A stretch of DNA of 64,000 nt from assembly GCA_014894455.1 (NCBI GenBank), contig JADBLN010000094.1, positions 38 through 64,037 on the forward strand, read 5' to 3'. Positions within the stretch are counted from its first letter, which is position 1; the number at the start of each line of letters is the position of its first letter. The translations under genes were made by a program, and so were the position numbers. Source of the stretch: Acidobacteriota bacterium (GTDB lineage Bacteria; Acidobacteriota; Aminicenantia; Aminicenantales; Saccharicenantaceae). The notes below the pieces were generated by a model. It was not told where the DNA came from, did not search any database, and saw only the letters and a list, made by a program, of their open reading frames with translations. Below, piece after piece: positions 45,093 through 52,927 of this stretch.

Positions 45093-46094
45093 TCAGGCGC
45101 TTTTCTTCAGCTCTTCCTCGAGTTTCTTCCGTTCGGCCGCCCTCTTGCGCAGTTCTTGGAATTTCTCGAGGTAGCGGTCGCCCTCGGCGTTATAACGGGC
45201 TTCCTTCTCCGGCTCGAGCTTGGCCAGAACGGCCTTGTAGAGAGGGCCCATCCAGGCGTAAGGCTCGGGGTAGTTCGGGTCGAGGTCGATGGCCTTCTGG
45301 ATGGCCTCGAGGGCGGCCTGGGCCTGCCTCATCCTCTCTTGGGAGGATAGGAACTGGAAGCGGAAGGACCGCGACCAGCGGTTGACGCCCAGGGCCAGCC
45401 AGGCCTCGGCGGAATCCGGCGTGAGGGCGATCCGCTTCTCCCAGAACTCGGCGGCCCGCTCGTAGGATTTCAGGAGCTCCTCGGGGCCGCCGGCGGCTTC
45501 CTGGAGATAGGTCGCCATGTAGGCATAGCCCTGGGGATTTTCGGGGTCGGTCTCGATCCGGCGCAGGTACATGGACTCGGCCTTCTTGGCGATCTCCTTG
45601 TTGTCGCTCGAATAGCGCTTGTAGAACTCGGCCACGACGTAGTAGTTGCTCATGTTCTCGGGTTGGAGCTCGATGATCCGGAGGTAGAGCTTCTCGGCCT
45701 CCGGGAACTTCTTGAGCTTGTCGTACATGTCGCCGAGCGAATAGATGATGTCCTTGTTGTTGGGCTCGATCGCGAGGGCCTTGGTCAGGGTATCGATGGT
45801 CTTCTTCTCGAGTTCCTTGTTGATCTGCGAGTCCACGCCCGGCTTGTAGAGCTGTTTGTAGCTCTCACCGAGGAAGCGGCAAGCCTGGGTCATGCCGGGG
45901 TTGAACTTGAGCGTCGCCTCGTACTCTGTGATCGCCTTCCGGTACTGGTTCTCCCGGAAAAAGCTGTTGGCTCTGCCGAAATGGTAGTTGGCGGCAAGCT
46001 TGGAATAGCTGACATTCTGACAGGCCGTGAAGGCGAAAATCACCGCGAGCGCGGCGGCGGCGAGAATCAATCTTTGGGTCGTCTTTCGAGACAT
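45093..46094 (-). CDS. TPR-repeat lipoprotein
   Basis: 333 aa with a signal/lipobox (LILAAAALAVIFAFTAC) and multiple TPR-like units (YRKAITEYEATLKFNPG, ALAIEPNNKDIIYSLGDMY). Confidence 0.8.
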   Translation of the reverse strand: MSRKTTQRLILAAAALAVIFAFTACQNVSYSKLAANYHFGRANSFFRENQYRKAITEYEATLKFNPGMTQACRFLGESYKQLYKPGVDSQINKELEKKTIDTLTKALAIEPNNKDIIYSLGDMYDKLKKFPEAEKLYLRIIELQPENMSNYYVVAEFYKRYSSDNKEIAKKAESMYLRRIETDPENPQGYAYMATYLQEAAGGPEELLKSYERAAEFWEKRIALTPDSAEAWLALGVNRWSRSFRFQFLSSQERMRQAQAALEAIQKAIDLDPNYPEPYAWMGPLYKAVLAKLEPEKEARYNAEGDRYLEKFQELRKRAAERKKLEEELKKSA

Positions 46095-46210
46095 CCTGAC
46101 CTCCTTATAGTCAATAGCTCGCTACGGAGAAAGACAAGAACTTATTTATAAACGAAGCCTCCTCCAAAGTCAAGGAAAAACGGCCTGTCCGCGGGGGTTT
46201 CCCGGGGGCG

Positions 46211-47527
46211 TCAGCTCGTCCGGACGATCAAGCGGAGCGGGGTGCCGACAAAGCCGAACGCCTCCCGCAGGGAATCGAGGAAGAACTTCTCGTAGGTCGG
46301 CGCGAGAGGGCCCCGGGCGCCCAGGAAGAGGATGAACGTCGGCGGGCAGACGCCCTTCTGGGTCATGTACCGGAGCTTGGCCCTGGCCCCGCTTTTCAGG
46401 CGCGGCGGGTGGACGTCGGTCGTCCGGGCCAGGAACGTGTTGAGCTTCGACGTCTCGACCCGCGTCGAAGCGCTCTTGAAGACCTGTTCGGCCGTGTCCA
46501 GGATCTTCACGACCCGCTGCCCGGTCCGGGCCGAGAGGAAGAGGAGCGGCGCGTAGCTGACAAAGCCGAGCTTCCGGAAAACGCGGGTGCGCACGGCCTC
46601 GGGCCGGACGGCGTCCTTGTCGACGAGGTCCCACTTGTTGAGGGCGAGAATGAGGGGCCGGCCGGATTCGAGGGCCAGCTGGGCGATCCGAGCGTCCTGC
46701 CGAGTAGGGAACTCCTGGACGTCGAGGATGAGGCAGACGACGTCCGCCTGGCGGATGTTCGATTTCGCCCGGAGGATCCCGGCCTTCTCTCGGCTGTCTT
46801 CCGCGCCCGCGAGCTTGCGGATCCCGGCCGTGTCCACCAGGCAGAACGGCTTCCCGTCGCGGAGAAGGAGCGTATCGGTGCTGTCCCGCGTTGTCCCAGG
46901 CATCTCGCTGACGATGAGGCGCTCCTCGCCGGCCAGCCGGTTGACCAGGGAGGACTTGCCGACGTTTGTCCGGCCGACGATGGCGATACGGAGGGGCGCC
47001 CGCTCGTCCCGCTCCGGTTCGGCCGCCGGCAGGGCGGCGACGATGGCTTCCTCGAGCAGGCCGACGTTGAGCTTGTGTTCCGCGGAGATGAAATAGATGT
47101 CCTTTTCCCCCAGCCGATAATACTCGGCCGTCATCGATTCTTCCTGGACCTGGGAATCGACCTTGTTGACGACGAGAAGGATCGGGAGGCCGCGTTTTTT
47201 CAGGGAGATGAAGAGCTCTTTCTCGATCGGAGCGACGTCCCGCTTGCCGTCCAGCACGAACAGGACGAGGTCGGCCGCGGCCGCCTCCTCGAGGGCTTTT
47301 TCGCGGACCTTGTCGCTCAGGGGCTCGTCGGCGACGCCGAAGAGCCCGCCCGTATCGACGAGGACGAACTTCTTGTCCTCGAGGACGCAGGTGGCCGAAA
47401 GGCTGTCCCGGGTCATTCCCGGGTCCGTGTGGACGAGGGCTTTCCGTTGTCCCAGGATCCGGTTGAAAAGAGTGGACTTGCCGACGTTGGGAAAGCCGAC
47501 GATGACCACCCGGGTGAGCTTCTTCAT
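46211..47527 (-). CDS. der: ribosome-associated GTPase Der (EngA)
   Basis: 438 aa with two tandem GTPase domains (GFPNVGKSTLFNR; GRTNVGKSSLVNR) and a KH-like C-terminus. Confidence 0.95.
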   Translation of the reverse strand: MKKLTRVVIVGFPNVGKSTLFNRILGQRKALVHTDPGMTRDSLSATCVLEDKKFVLVDTGGLFGVADEPLSDKVREKALEEAAAADLVLFVLDGKRDVAPIEKELFISLKKRGLPILLVVNKVDSQVQEESMTAEYYRLGEKDIYFISAEHKLNVGLLEEAIVAALPAAEPERDERAPLRIAIVGRTNVGKSSLVNRLAGEERLIVSEMPGTTRDSTDTLLLRDGKPFCLVDTAGIRKLAGAEDSREKAGILRAKSNIRQADVVCLILDVQEFPTRQDARIAQLALESGRPLILALNKWDLVDKDAVRPEAVRTRVFRKLGFVSYAPLLFLSARTGQRVVKILDTAEQVFKSASTRVETSKLNTFLARTTDVHPPRLKSGARAKLRYMTQKGVCPPTFILFLGARGPLAPTYEKFFLDSLREAFGFVGTPLRLIVRTS

Positions 47528-47540
47528 GGCCGGTCCCGGG

Positions 47541-48140
47541 CTATCTCGCGACCAGGGAATAATCGGGAAGGAAGGCCCGGGTCAGGTCGACGTGCCCGCC
47601 AAGGGTCTCCTTCTCCGCCCCCTCGACGAGGATGACCACTTTCTTGACCGCCTTGAAATTGAAGGCCAGGGTGTTGACGACGGCGTAGACGGCCGCCAAT
47701 TCCATGGTCGAACCGTACGCAAATTTTTCCGCGACGTCCCGGCTGAAATCGACGGTGGCGACGCCGTCCTTGCCGATGAAAACCTGGCGCACCTTGGTCT
47801 GGGGAGGGAGCGGGGAGACGAGACTCCCCTCCGAGCCCTTGATGAGCTCGGCCAGGGCTCGTTCCGCCTCCTCGTTGGCCGTAGGACCGGCGGCGATCGG
47901 GCGCGTTTCCCCGTGGAGGAAGTCGTCGTCGTCGTCGAGGAAGAACAGCGTCACCGTCTTCGTCGCGGCGGGTTCCCCCGCGGCGGCCGGCGTCTTGGGG
48001 AGGTTGGCGTCGATGAATCGCGCGACCTTCTCCCGCCCCCCGCCGGTGAAAAAGATGATGACGAGGACGAGGAGGACGATGGACAGGGCGCCCAGGATGA
48101 GCACCGGTTTCGGTTTCTTGGCTTTCTTGTTATTGGCCAT
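47541..48140 (-). CDS. GerMN domain-containing membrane-anchored protein
   Basis: 199 aa with an N-terminal TM segment (ILGALSIVLLVLVIIFF) and a GerMN-like C-terminus (AVYAVVNTLAFNFKAVKKVVILVEG). Confidence 0.7.
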   Translation of the reverse strand: MANNKKAKKPKPVLILGALSIVLLVLVIIFFTGGGREKVARFIDANLPKTPAAAGEPAATKTVTLFFLDDDDDFLHGETRPIAAGPTANEEAERALAELIKGSEGSLVSPLPPQTKVRQVFIGKDGVATVDFSRDVAEKFAYGSTMELAAVYAVVNTLAFNFKAVKKVVILVEGAEKETLGGHVDLTRAFLPDYSLVAR

Positions 48141-48146
48141 GGGATC

Positions 48147-48941
48147 CTACTCGGGCATCCGGAGGTAGCGGGCGAGCCCGCGGTAGATCGCCTCGGCGAC
48201 TTTCGACTGGAATTCCTCGGAGGCCAGCTTCTGTTCTTCCTCCGGGTTGGAAATGAAGGCGGCCTCGACGAGGATGGCCGGGCAGGCGACGCCGGTCAGG
48301 ATCTTGAAGGGGGCCTGCTTGATACCCCGGTTCCGCGTCCCGAGGAGGGCGTCGAGTTCGCCCTGGACCATCTCGGCCAACTGGCCGCTCTGCTTGATGT
48401 AGGCCGTCTGGGCCATGTCCCAGAGGATCATCATCAGGTCGTCGTCCGACGATGGGTCGATGCGGCTCTGGAGCGCGGAGGAGTTGTTCTCGAGGTAAGC
48501 CAGCCGGCGCGTCTCCTCATCAGTCGCATTGAGGCTGAGGAAGAACGTCTCCGAACCGGCCGCCTTTTTCTGGACAGCCCCGTTGGAGTGGACGCTGATG
48601 AACAGGCCAGCCTTGCGGTTGTTGGCGATGGCCGACCGGTTCTCGACCGAAACGTCCACGTCCTTGTCGCGGGTCAAGACGACCTCGAAGCCCATGTTCC
48701 GCTCGACGAGGGCCTTCAGCTTGAGGCTGATGGCCAGGGTGATATCCTTCTCGAGGTTCCCGAACTTGCCCTTGGCCCCGGTCTCCATCCCGCCGTGGCC
48801 GGGGTCGATGACCATGGTCTGGATCCGTTGTCCCTGCCCGGCCTGGGCCTGGCCGGAGACAGGGCAGACGGCGAGGGCGACGAGGAGGGCGGCGGCGAGG
48901 GCCGCGCCCCGGGCTGTCCGGTCTATCGGGTCACTTCTCAC
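48147..48941 (-). CDS. N-acetylmuramoyl-L-alanine amidase (Amidase_3)
   Basis: 264 aa with a signal peptide, plus MVIDPGHGG, FISVHSNG and AILVEAAFISNPEEE. Confidence 0.9.
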   Translation of the reverse strand: MRSDPIDRTARGAALAAALLVALAVCPVSGQAQAGQGQRIQTMVIDPGHGGMETGAKGKFGNLEKDITLAISLKLKALVERNMGFEVVLTRDKDVDVSVENRSAIANNRKAGLFISVHSNGAVQKKAAGSETFFLSLNATDEETRRLAYLENNSSALQSRIDPSSDDDLMMILWDMAQTAYIKQSGQLAEMVQGELDALLGTRNRGIKQAPFKILTGVACPAILVEAAFISNPEEEQKLASEEFQSKVAEAIYRGLARYLRMPE

Positions 48942-48950
48942 GTTCGGGTC

Positions 48951-49301
48951 TGGTGGAGGCGGCGGGAATCGAACCCGCGTCCGAAAGCATTCAACAGCAA
49001 GTCTCTACACGCTTATCCCCTTCATTGATCTCGTCGCCCGGCGCTCGAAGAGGAAAAGCACCGGGAAACCAGCCCCGAAGGTGTTTCGCTCCCCGGCCTC
49101 AGGACGAAACCGGTTCGCTATCCCGCCCGTTTGACGCTCCGGAAGCCCCGCGGGAGAGGACCCCAGGAACGGCGTGCCTTTCTATTAGGCCGCGACTGCT
49201 AAAGGTTCTGCAGTTAAGGTTTTTCCACCGTTTAGCGAGGTGGGTGGGACCTCGGCGTGCAACTTGTGCCTCATTACTTCCGTCGAAACCAGTACGCCCC
49301 C
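48951..49301 (-). ncRNA. ssrA: tmRNA (SsrA)
   Basis: On the minus strand, the 5' end is GGGGGCGTACTGGTTTCGACGG and the 3' end is GCGGGTTCGATTCCCGCCGCCTCCACCA. The acceptor stem has G3:U70. The internal tag frame is ...GCA GAA CCT TTA GCA GTC GCG GCC TAA TAG (...AEPLAVAA). Confidence 0.92.
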
Positions 49302-49319
49302 ATACTCCTTTCAGGTTTT

Positions 49320-49348
49320 ATTATAGGGGCGGCCGGGGGGGGTGTCAA
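49320..49348 (-). promoter_or_regulatory. ssrA promoter, perfect consensus TTGACA-N17-TATAAT
   Basis: On the minus strand, TTGACA is at 49348-49343 and TATAAT at 49325-49320. The -10 box ends 18 nt upstream of the mature tmRNA 5' end. Confidence 0.65.
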
Positions 49349-49450
49349 CCGGATGGGGTCAAACCTACTTTTTTCACTTTTCGGACATCTGTCATCAACA
49401 TGAAAGCCCTCGCACATGAAAGTGAAAAAAGTAGGTTTGACCCCATCCGG
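49349..49450. repeat. 32-bp perfect inverted repeat with 38-nt spacer (plus a third partial copy at 49464-49485)
   Basis: Arm 49349-49380 (ccggatggggtcaaacctacttttttcacttt) is the exact reverse complement of 49419-49450. The spacer contains ACATGAAAG twice. A 22-nt copy with 1 mismatch lies at 49464-49485. Confidence 0.9.
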
Positions 49451-49486
49451 AAATCCTGCGCGTAAAAGGTAGGTTTGACCCCATCT

Positions 49487-49522
49487 GAAAAGGCAGCCGC
49501 GGGCGTGGGGCCCGCGGCTGCC
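49487..49522 (-). terminator. rho-independent terminator
   Basis: On the minus strand: GGCAGCCGCGGGC-CCCAC-GCCCGCGGCTGCC followed by TTTTC, 20 nt after the stop at 49542. Confidence 0.75.
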
Positions 49523-49541
49523 CGATGTTCGGAACGAACGG

Positions 49542-50504
49542 TCAGCGGATGAACTGGTAGGCGATGACGCTGTAGGCGTGCCAGCTGAAGGTCCCGTCGG
49601 TCGCCTTGACCGGCCGGACCCAGATCTTGACCTTGTTGACGGCCGGCGTGAGCAGGGTCTCCCATTCAGCGGGCAGCACCGGCAGCGTGAACGTCACCAA
49701 GTTGGTCTGGGCGTTCCAGACGAAGGAGCCGACCACCGTCTGGAGGTCTCCGGCCGTGTCCAGCATGACGTTCATGGTCACCGGAACGGAGTCGTCCCAG
49801 CAATCGTAGGTCGAAACGCCCATGGACCCGGCGGCGGCGGAGTAGCCGGTCGTGATCTTGGTGAACTCGTGCAGCTTCATGGGGGCGAGGACGAGGTTCT
49901 CGACGACCCAGCGGGTATTGGCTTGGTCCCAGTAAAGCCCGGCGTGGGCGAAGACCCAGAGGTTGGCCGAGCGGGCCTGGTCCACGGAGTCGACGAAGTC
50001 CTGGATGACAGGGGAGCGGCCGGAGGGCGACCCGTAGAACCACCAGCCGAAGATGTGGTCGGCGATGCCGCTATAGACCATGGTCCGGGTGTGGTCGCGC
50101 CAGCCGAAGGCGAAGTTATCGAGGGTGGCGCCGGTGACGAGGCCTTCTGCGTGGGCGCTGTGGACGTTGATCGACGCAGCCACCCTGGGGGAGGCGGCGG
50201 GGTCGACGAAGGCCACCTCGACGCGGAAACCCCTGGCGATGTGGCGGAGGATGGACGTGCCCGTGCCCATCGCGATGTCCCGTAAGGTCCAAGTGGTGTT
50301 CTCGTCGACGAAGACCGTCTCCGAGTTCCAGTCGCAGCGATGGTGGCGGTCACCGGTGGGCAGCGTCTCGGTCCGCTTTTTCAGGACGCTGAGCCAGTTG
50401 TCGCCGACGCGCCAGACCAAGCCCTCGGGGGTGAATTGGGGCAGGGTGTCGATGCTCGTCGCGTACCAAACGCGCCGCGCATAGAGGCTGCCGTCGGCGT
50501 TCAT
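49542..50504 (-). CDS. C-terminal part of a frameshifted DUF4382-type lipoprotein gene
   Basis: 320-aa ORF. Its frame stays protein-like upstream of the first ATG (…GSWAALVASNMNADGSLYARRVWY) and overlaps 50350-51309 by 155 nt in the +1 frame. Confidence 0.7.
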   Translation of the reverse strand: MNADGSLYARRVWYATSIDTLPQFTPEGLVWRVGDNWLSVLKKRTETLPTGDRHHRCDWNSETVFVDENTTWTLRDIAMGTGTSILRHIARGFRVEVAFVDPAASPRVAASINVHSAHAEGLVTGATLDNFAFGWRDHTRTMVYSGIADHIFGWWFYGSPSGRSPVIQDFVDSVDQARSANLWVFAHAGLYWDQANTRWVVENLVLAPMKLHEFTKITTGYSAAAGSMGVSTYDCWDDSVPVTMNVMLDTAGDLQTVVGSFVWNAQTNLVTFTLPVLPAEWETLLTPAVNKVKIWVRPVKATDGTFSWHAYSVIAYQFIR

Positions 50505-51309
50505 GTTGGAGGCGACGAGGGCGGCCCACGAGCCCCGAGAGACCGGTGAAGGTCCCCGCCTGGTTGGTGTCCGCGTCGATGTAGATCGTGTTGGCGTTGA
50601 CGCCGAAGGTCAGCTCGGACTCCTGGAGGTTCTTGATGGTGAAGCTGGTGCCGTCCGCGGCCGTGATGTCCCCGATAGTGCGGGCGAACTGGATGTTCTT
50701 GAGATGGCGCGGCAGGGCCTTGTGGCGGACCTTGAGGCCGATGACGACCTTCCCGTCCAGGTTGACGATCGACAGGGGGTGGGCCAGGTCGAAATCGATC
50801 TCCAGGTTCGTCGTGGCGCCCTCGGCGACGGTGATGGCCGGGCTGAGTTCGACCTTGATCTCGCCCTTGCCGCTTGGGTCGACGACCGTGATCTGGCTCG
50901 AGGCGATCTGAGTCCCCTGGTCGTCGACCAGCTTCATCGTGGATGGATCGGCGTTGATGACGAGCTTGAGAAGGTTATAGGCGCCGACGGAGATCGTGGC
51001 CTTCTGCAGGATCATGGTCACGCCGCTCAGATCGACGAGGTTGACCGTGCCGGAGGCCGGATTGGCCGGGTCGGCGGTCCAAACGTCCTCCCAGGAATTG
51101 CCGTCACGGCGGTGAAGGCTGACGGATTTGAGGACGACGGTCACTTCCTGCCAGTCGTCGGTGGGCCCGTCCGTCAGGAGAACATTCAGGCCGCCCCTGG
51201 CCCCGGACGCCCCGCCCCCGGTGATGTTGCACGAGGTGATCAGCCCGAAGCCGGCCACGACGGCAACCGCCAGGAGAGAAAGCGATAGATTGCGGAAGAA
51301 ACGATCCAT
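50350..51309 (-). CDS. N-terminal part of a frameshifted DUF4382-type lipoprotein gene
   Basis: Lipobox GLITSC and a DUF4382-like pattern (LNVLLTDGPTDDWQEVTVVLKSVSLH...VNLVDLSG...VGAYNLLKLVI). The sequence turns Arg/Pro-rich after ...TFTGLSGLVG, which looks out of frame. Confidence 0.7.
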   Translation of the reverse strand: MDRFFRNLSLSLLAVAVVAGFGLITSCNITGGGASGARGGLNVLLTDGPTDDWQEVTVVLKSVSLHRRDGNSWEDVWTADPANPASGTVNLVDLSGVTMILQKATISVGAYNLLKLVINADPSTMKLVDDQGTQIASSQITVVDPSGKGEIKVELSPAITVAEGATTNLEIDFDLAHPLSIVNLDGKVVIGLKVRHKALPRHLKNIQFARTIGDITAADGTSFTIKNLQESELTFGVNANTIYIDADTNQAGTFTGLSGLVGRPRRLQHERRRQPLCAARLVRDEHRHPAPIHPRGLGLARRRQLAQRPEKADRDAAHR

Positions 51310-51560
51310 AAAATCCTCCTTAAATTTGGCCGGATTAAACTAAATGCCCCTATCCATAGATATATTATGTCCGCAGGCGGCCGGAGTCAAACGGAGGGGG
51401 AAAGCCGGGAGCATTCCCCAGGGTTTCTGTCTAACCCCGGCCCCGGCCCGCTCGTCCGGGGCTGGGACGTCGTCTGTGGCCATGGTCGATTTCTTCCTTT
51501 CTGCCCCATTAGACGACGAAGCGCCGCAAACCTTTGCGGTACGGGGATCGGCCCTGCAGA

Positions 51561-51590
51561 TTGACACCTTTCAAACTCACAGAGTAAGAT
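51561..51590 (+). promoter_or_regulatory. putative promoter TTGACA-N18-TAAGAT
   Basis: TTGACA at 51561-51566 and TAAGAT at 51585-51590, just upstream of the HD-GYP gene start candidates. Confidence 0.4.
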
Positions 51591-51606
51591 AGTGTCGAGT
51601 TTTTTT

Positions 51607-52923
51607 ATGTTAAAGAACATCCGGGCCAAGGCCACCCTGCTCATCCTTTTTCTCCTCGCCGCCACGACGTTTCTGTCCTACGTCTTCACTATCCGCATCA
51701 TGAGCAGCCATGTCGCGGAAAAGATTATCCGGACGGCGGAAACCCTGGGCCGGAGCATCGCTCCCTCGGCGGGCTTCTTCATGGGCGCCCAGGACCTTCT
51801 CGGCCTCGACTACATGGTCTTCCAGATCAAGAAGACAAATCCCGACATCAAGTCCATCGGCGTTCTCGGACCCGGCCGGGACATCATCGTCCACAGCGAC
51901 ATCCAGGAGCGCGGCCGCAAGCTGGAGCCGGCGCAGGGCGAAGTCCTCGAGCAGAGCGAGGACGGGACCCAGGTCCGCAAGATCTTCGGGGCGCCTGGCA
52001 CGCTCATCGAGATCGAAAGCCCGATCGTCTTCATGGACAAGCGCCTCGGCTCCGTCATCCTCGAGCTCGATTGGTCCGTGCTGTCGACGGCCCAAAGCGT
52101 GGCCCAGCGCAAGGTCATCGGGCTCTTCGCCGTCATCCTGGCCCTGGGCACCGTCAGCAGCGTCTTCCTGTCCTCCAACCTGACCCGGCCGATCAAGGAG
52201 CTCTCGTCCGGCGTCGAGGAGCTCAAGCGCGGGAAGACGGGCAAGCCCCTGCGCGTCTTTTCCGGGGACGAGCTCGGCCGGCTAACGGCGAGCTTCAACG
52301 AGATGTCGGGGCTCATCACCAACCAGCGGGAACGGCTGGCCCAAGACGCTAGGGAGCTCGAAGAGGCCTACGTCTCGACCGTCCGGGTCGTGGCCGCGGC
52401 CATCGACGCCCGTGACTCCTACACGCACGGCCATTCCACCCGGGTCTCCGAGCTGGTTGTCGCCCTGGCCAGGGAGCTCGGCATGAGCGGGCAGGAGCTC
52501 GACGACATCGAGATCTCCTGTCTCTTCCACGACGTCGGCAAGATCAAGATCTCAGACGCCATCCTCCACAAGGCCGGCAAGCTCGCCCCCGACGAGTGGG
52601 AGGAGATGAAAAAGCACGCCGAGTACGGTGCGGAGATCCTGCGCAAGGCGCCCTCCCTGCGCCGGTTCATTCCCGCCGTTCGCCACCATCACGAGTGGTA
52701 CGACGGGAGCGGCTATCCGGACGGGTTGAGCGGGGAGAGAATCCCCCGCGAGGCGGCCATCATCTCACTGGCCGACGCCTATGACGCCATGACCTCGGAC
52801 AGGCCGTATCGCCAGGCGATGACCAAAGCGAAGGCTCTGAACACGATCCGTGAGTTCGCCGGAAAGCAATTCAGCCCCGATCTGACGCCGGTCTTCCTGA
52901 GGACCGTGGAAAAAATCGGGTGA
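51607..52923 (+). CDS. membrane sensor HD-GYP domain protein (putative c-di-GMP phosphodiesterase) with HAMP
   Basis: Domain order is TM1, extracytoplasmic domain, TM2, HAMP (LTRPIKELSSGVEELK...LGRLTASFNEM), then HD-GYP (HGHSTRV...LFHDVGKI...HHHEWYDGSGYPDGL). The start is the ATG at 51607 or the GTG at 51592. Confidence 0.88.
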   Translation: MLKNIRAKATLLILFLLAATTFLSYVFTIRIMSSHVAEKIIRTAETLGRSIAPSAGFFMGAQDLLGLDYMVFQIKKTNPDIKSIGVLGPGRDIIVHSDIQERGRKLEPAQGEVLEQSEDGTQVRKIFGAPGTLIEIESPIVFMDKRLGSVILELDWSVLSTAQSVAQRKVIGLFAVILALGTVSSVFLSSNLTRPIKELSSGVEELKRGKTGKPLRVFSGDELGRLTASFNEMSGLITNQRERLAQDARELEEAYVSTVRVVAAAIDARDSYTHGHSTRVSELVVALARELGMSGQELDDIEISCLFHDVGKIKISDAILHKAGKLAPDEWEEMKKHAEYGAEILRKAPSLRRFIPAVRHHHEWYDGSGYPDGLSGERIPREAAIISLADAYDAMTSDRPYRQAMTKAKALNTIREFAGKQFSPDLTPVFLRTVEKIG

Positions 52924-52927
52924 AATC

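Noticed and set aside
48951-49541. A genomic island integrated at ssrA.
   Set aside because: Islands target the ssrA 3' end, and here an amidase operon abuts that end. There is no integrase and no duplicated ssrA 3' segment. The repeats lie on the promoter side.
51340-51560. Possible c-di-GMP or other riboswitch in the 280-nt gap upstream of the HD-GYP gene.
   Set aside because: I found only small hairpins (for example CCGCAAAccTTTGCGG) and could not recognise any conserved riboswitch core. The best promoter (51561-51590) lies downstream of this region, so most of the gap is probably untranscribed.
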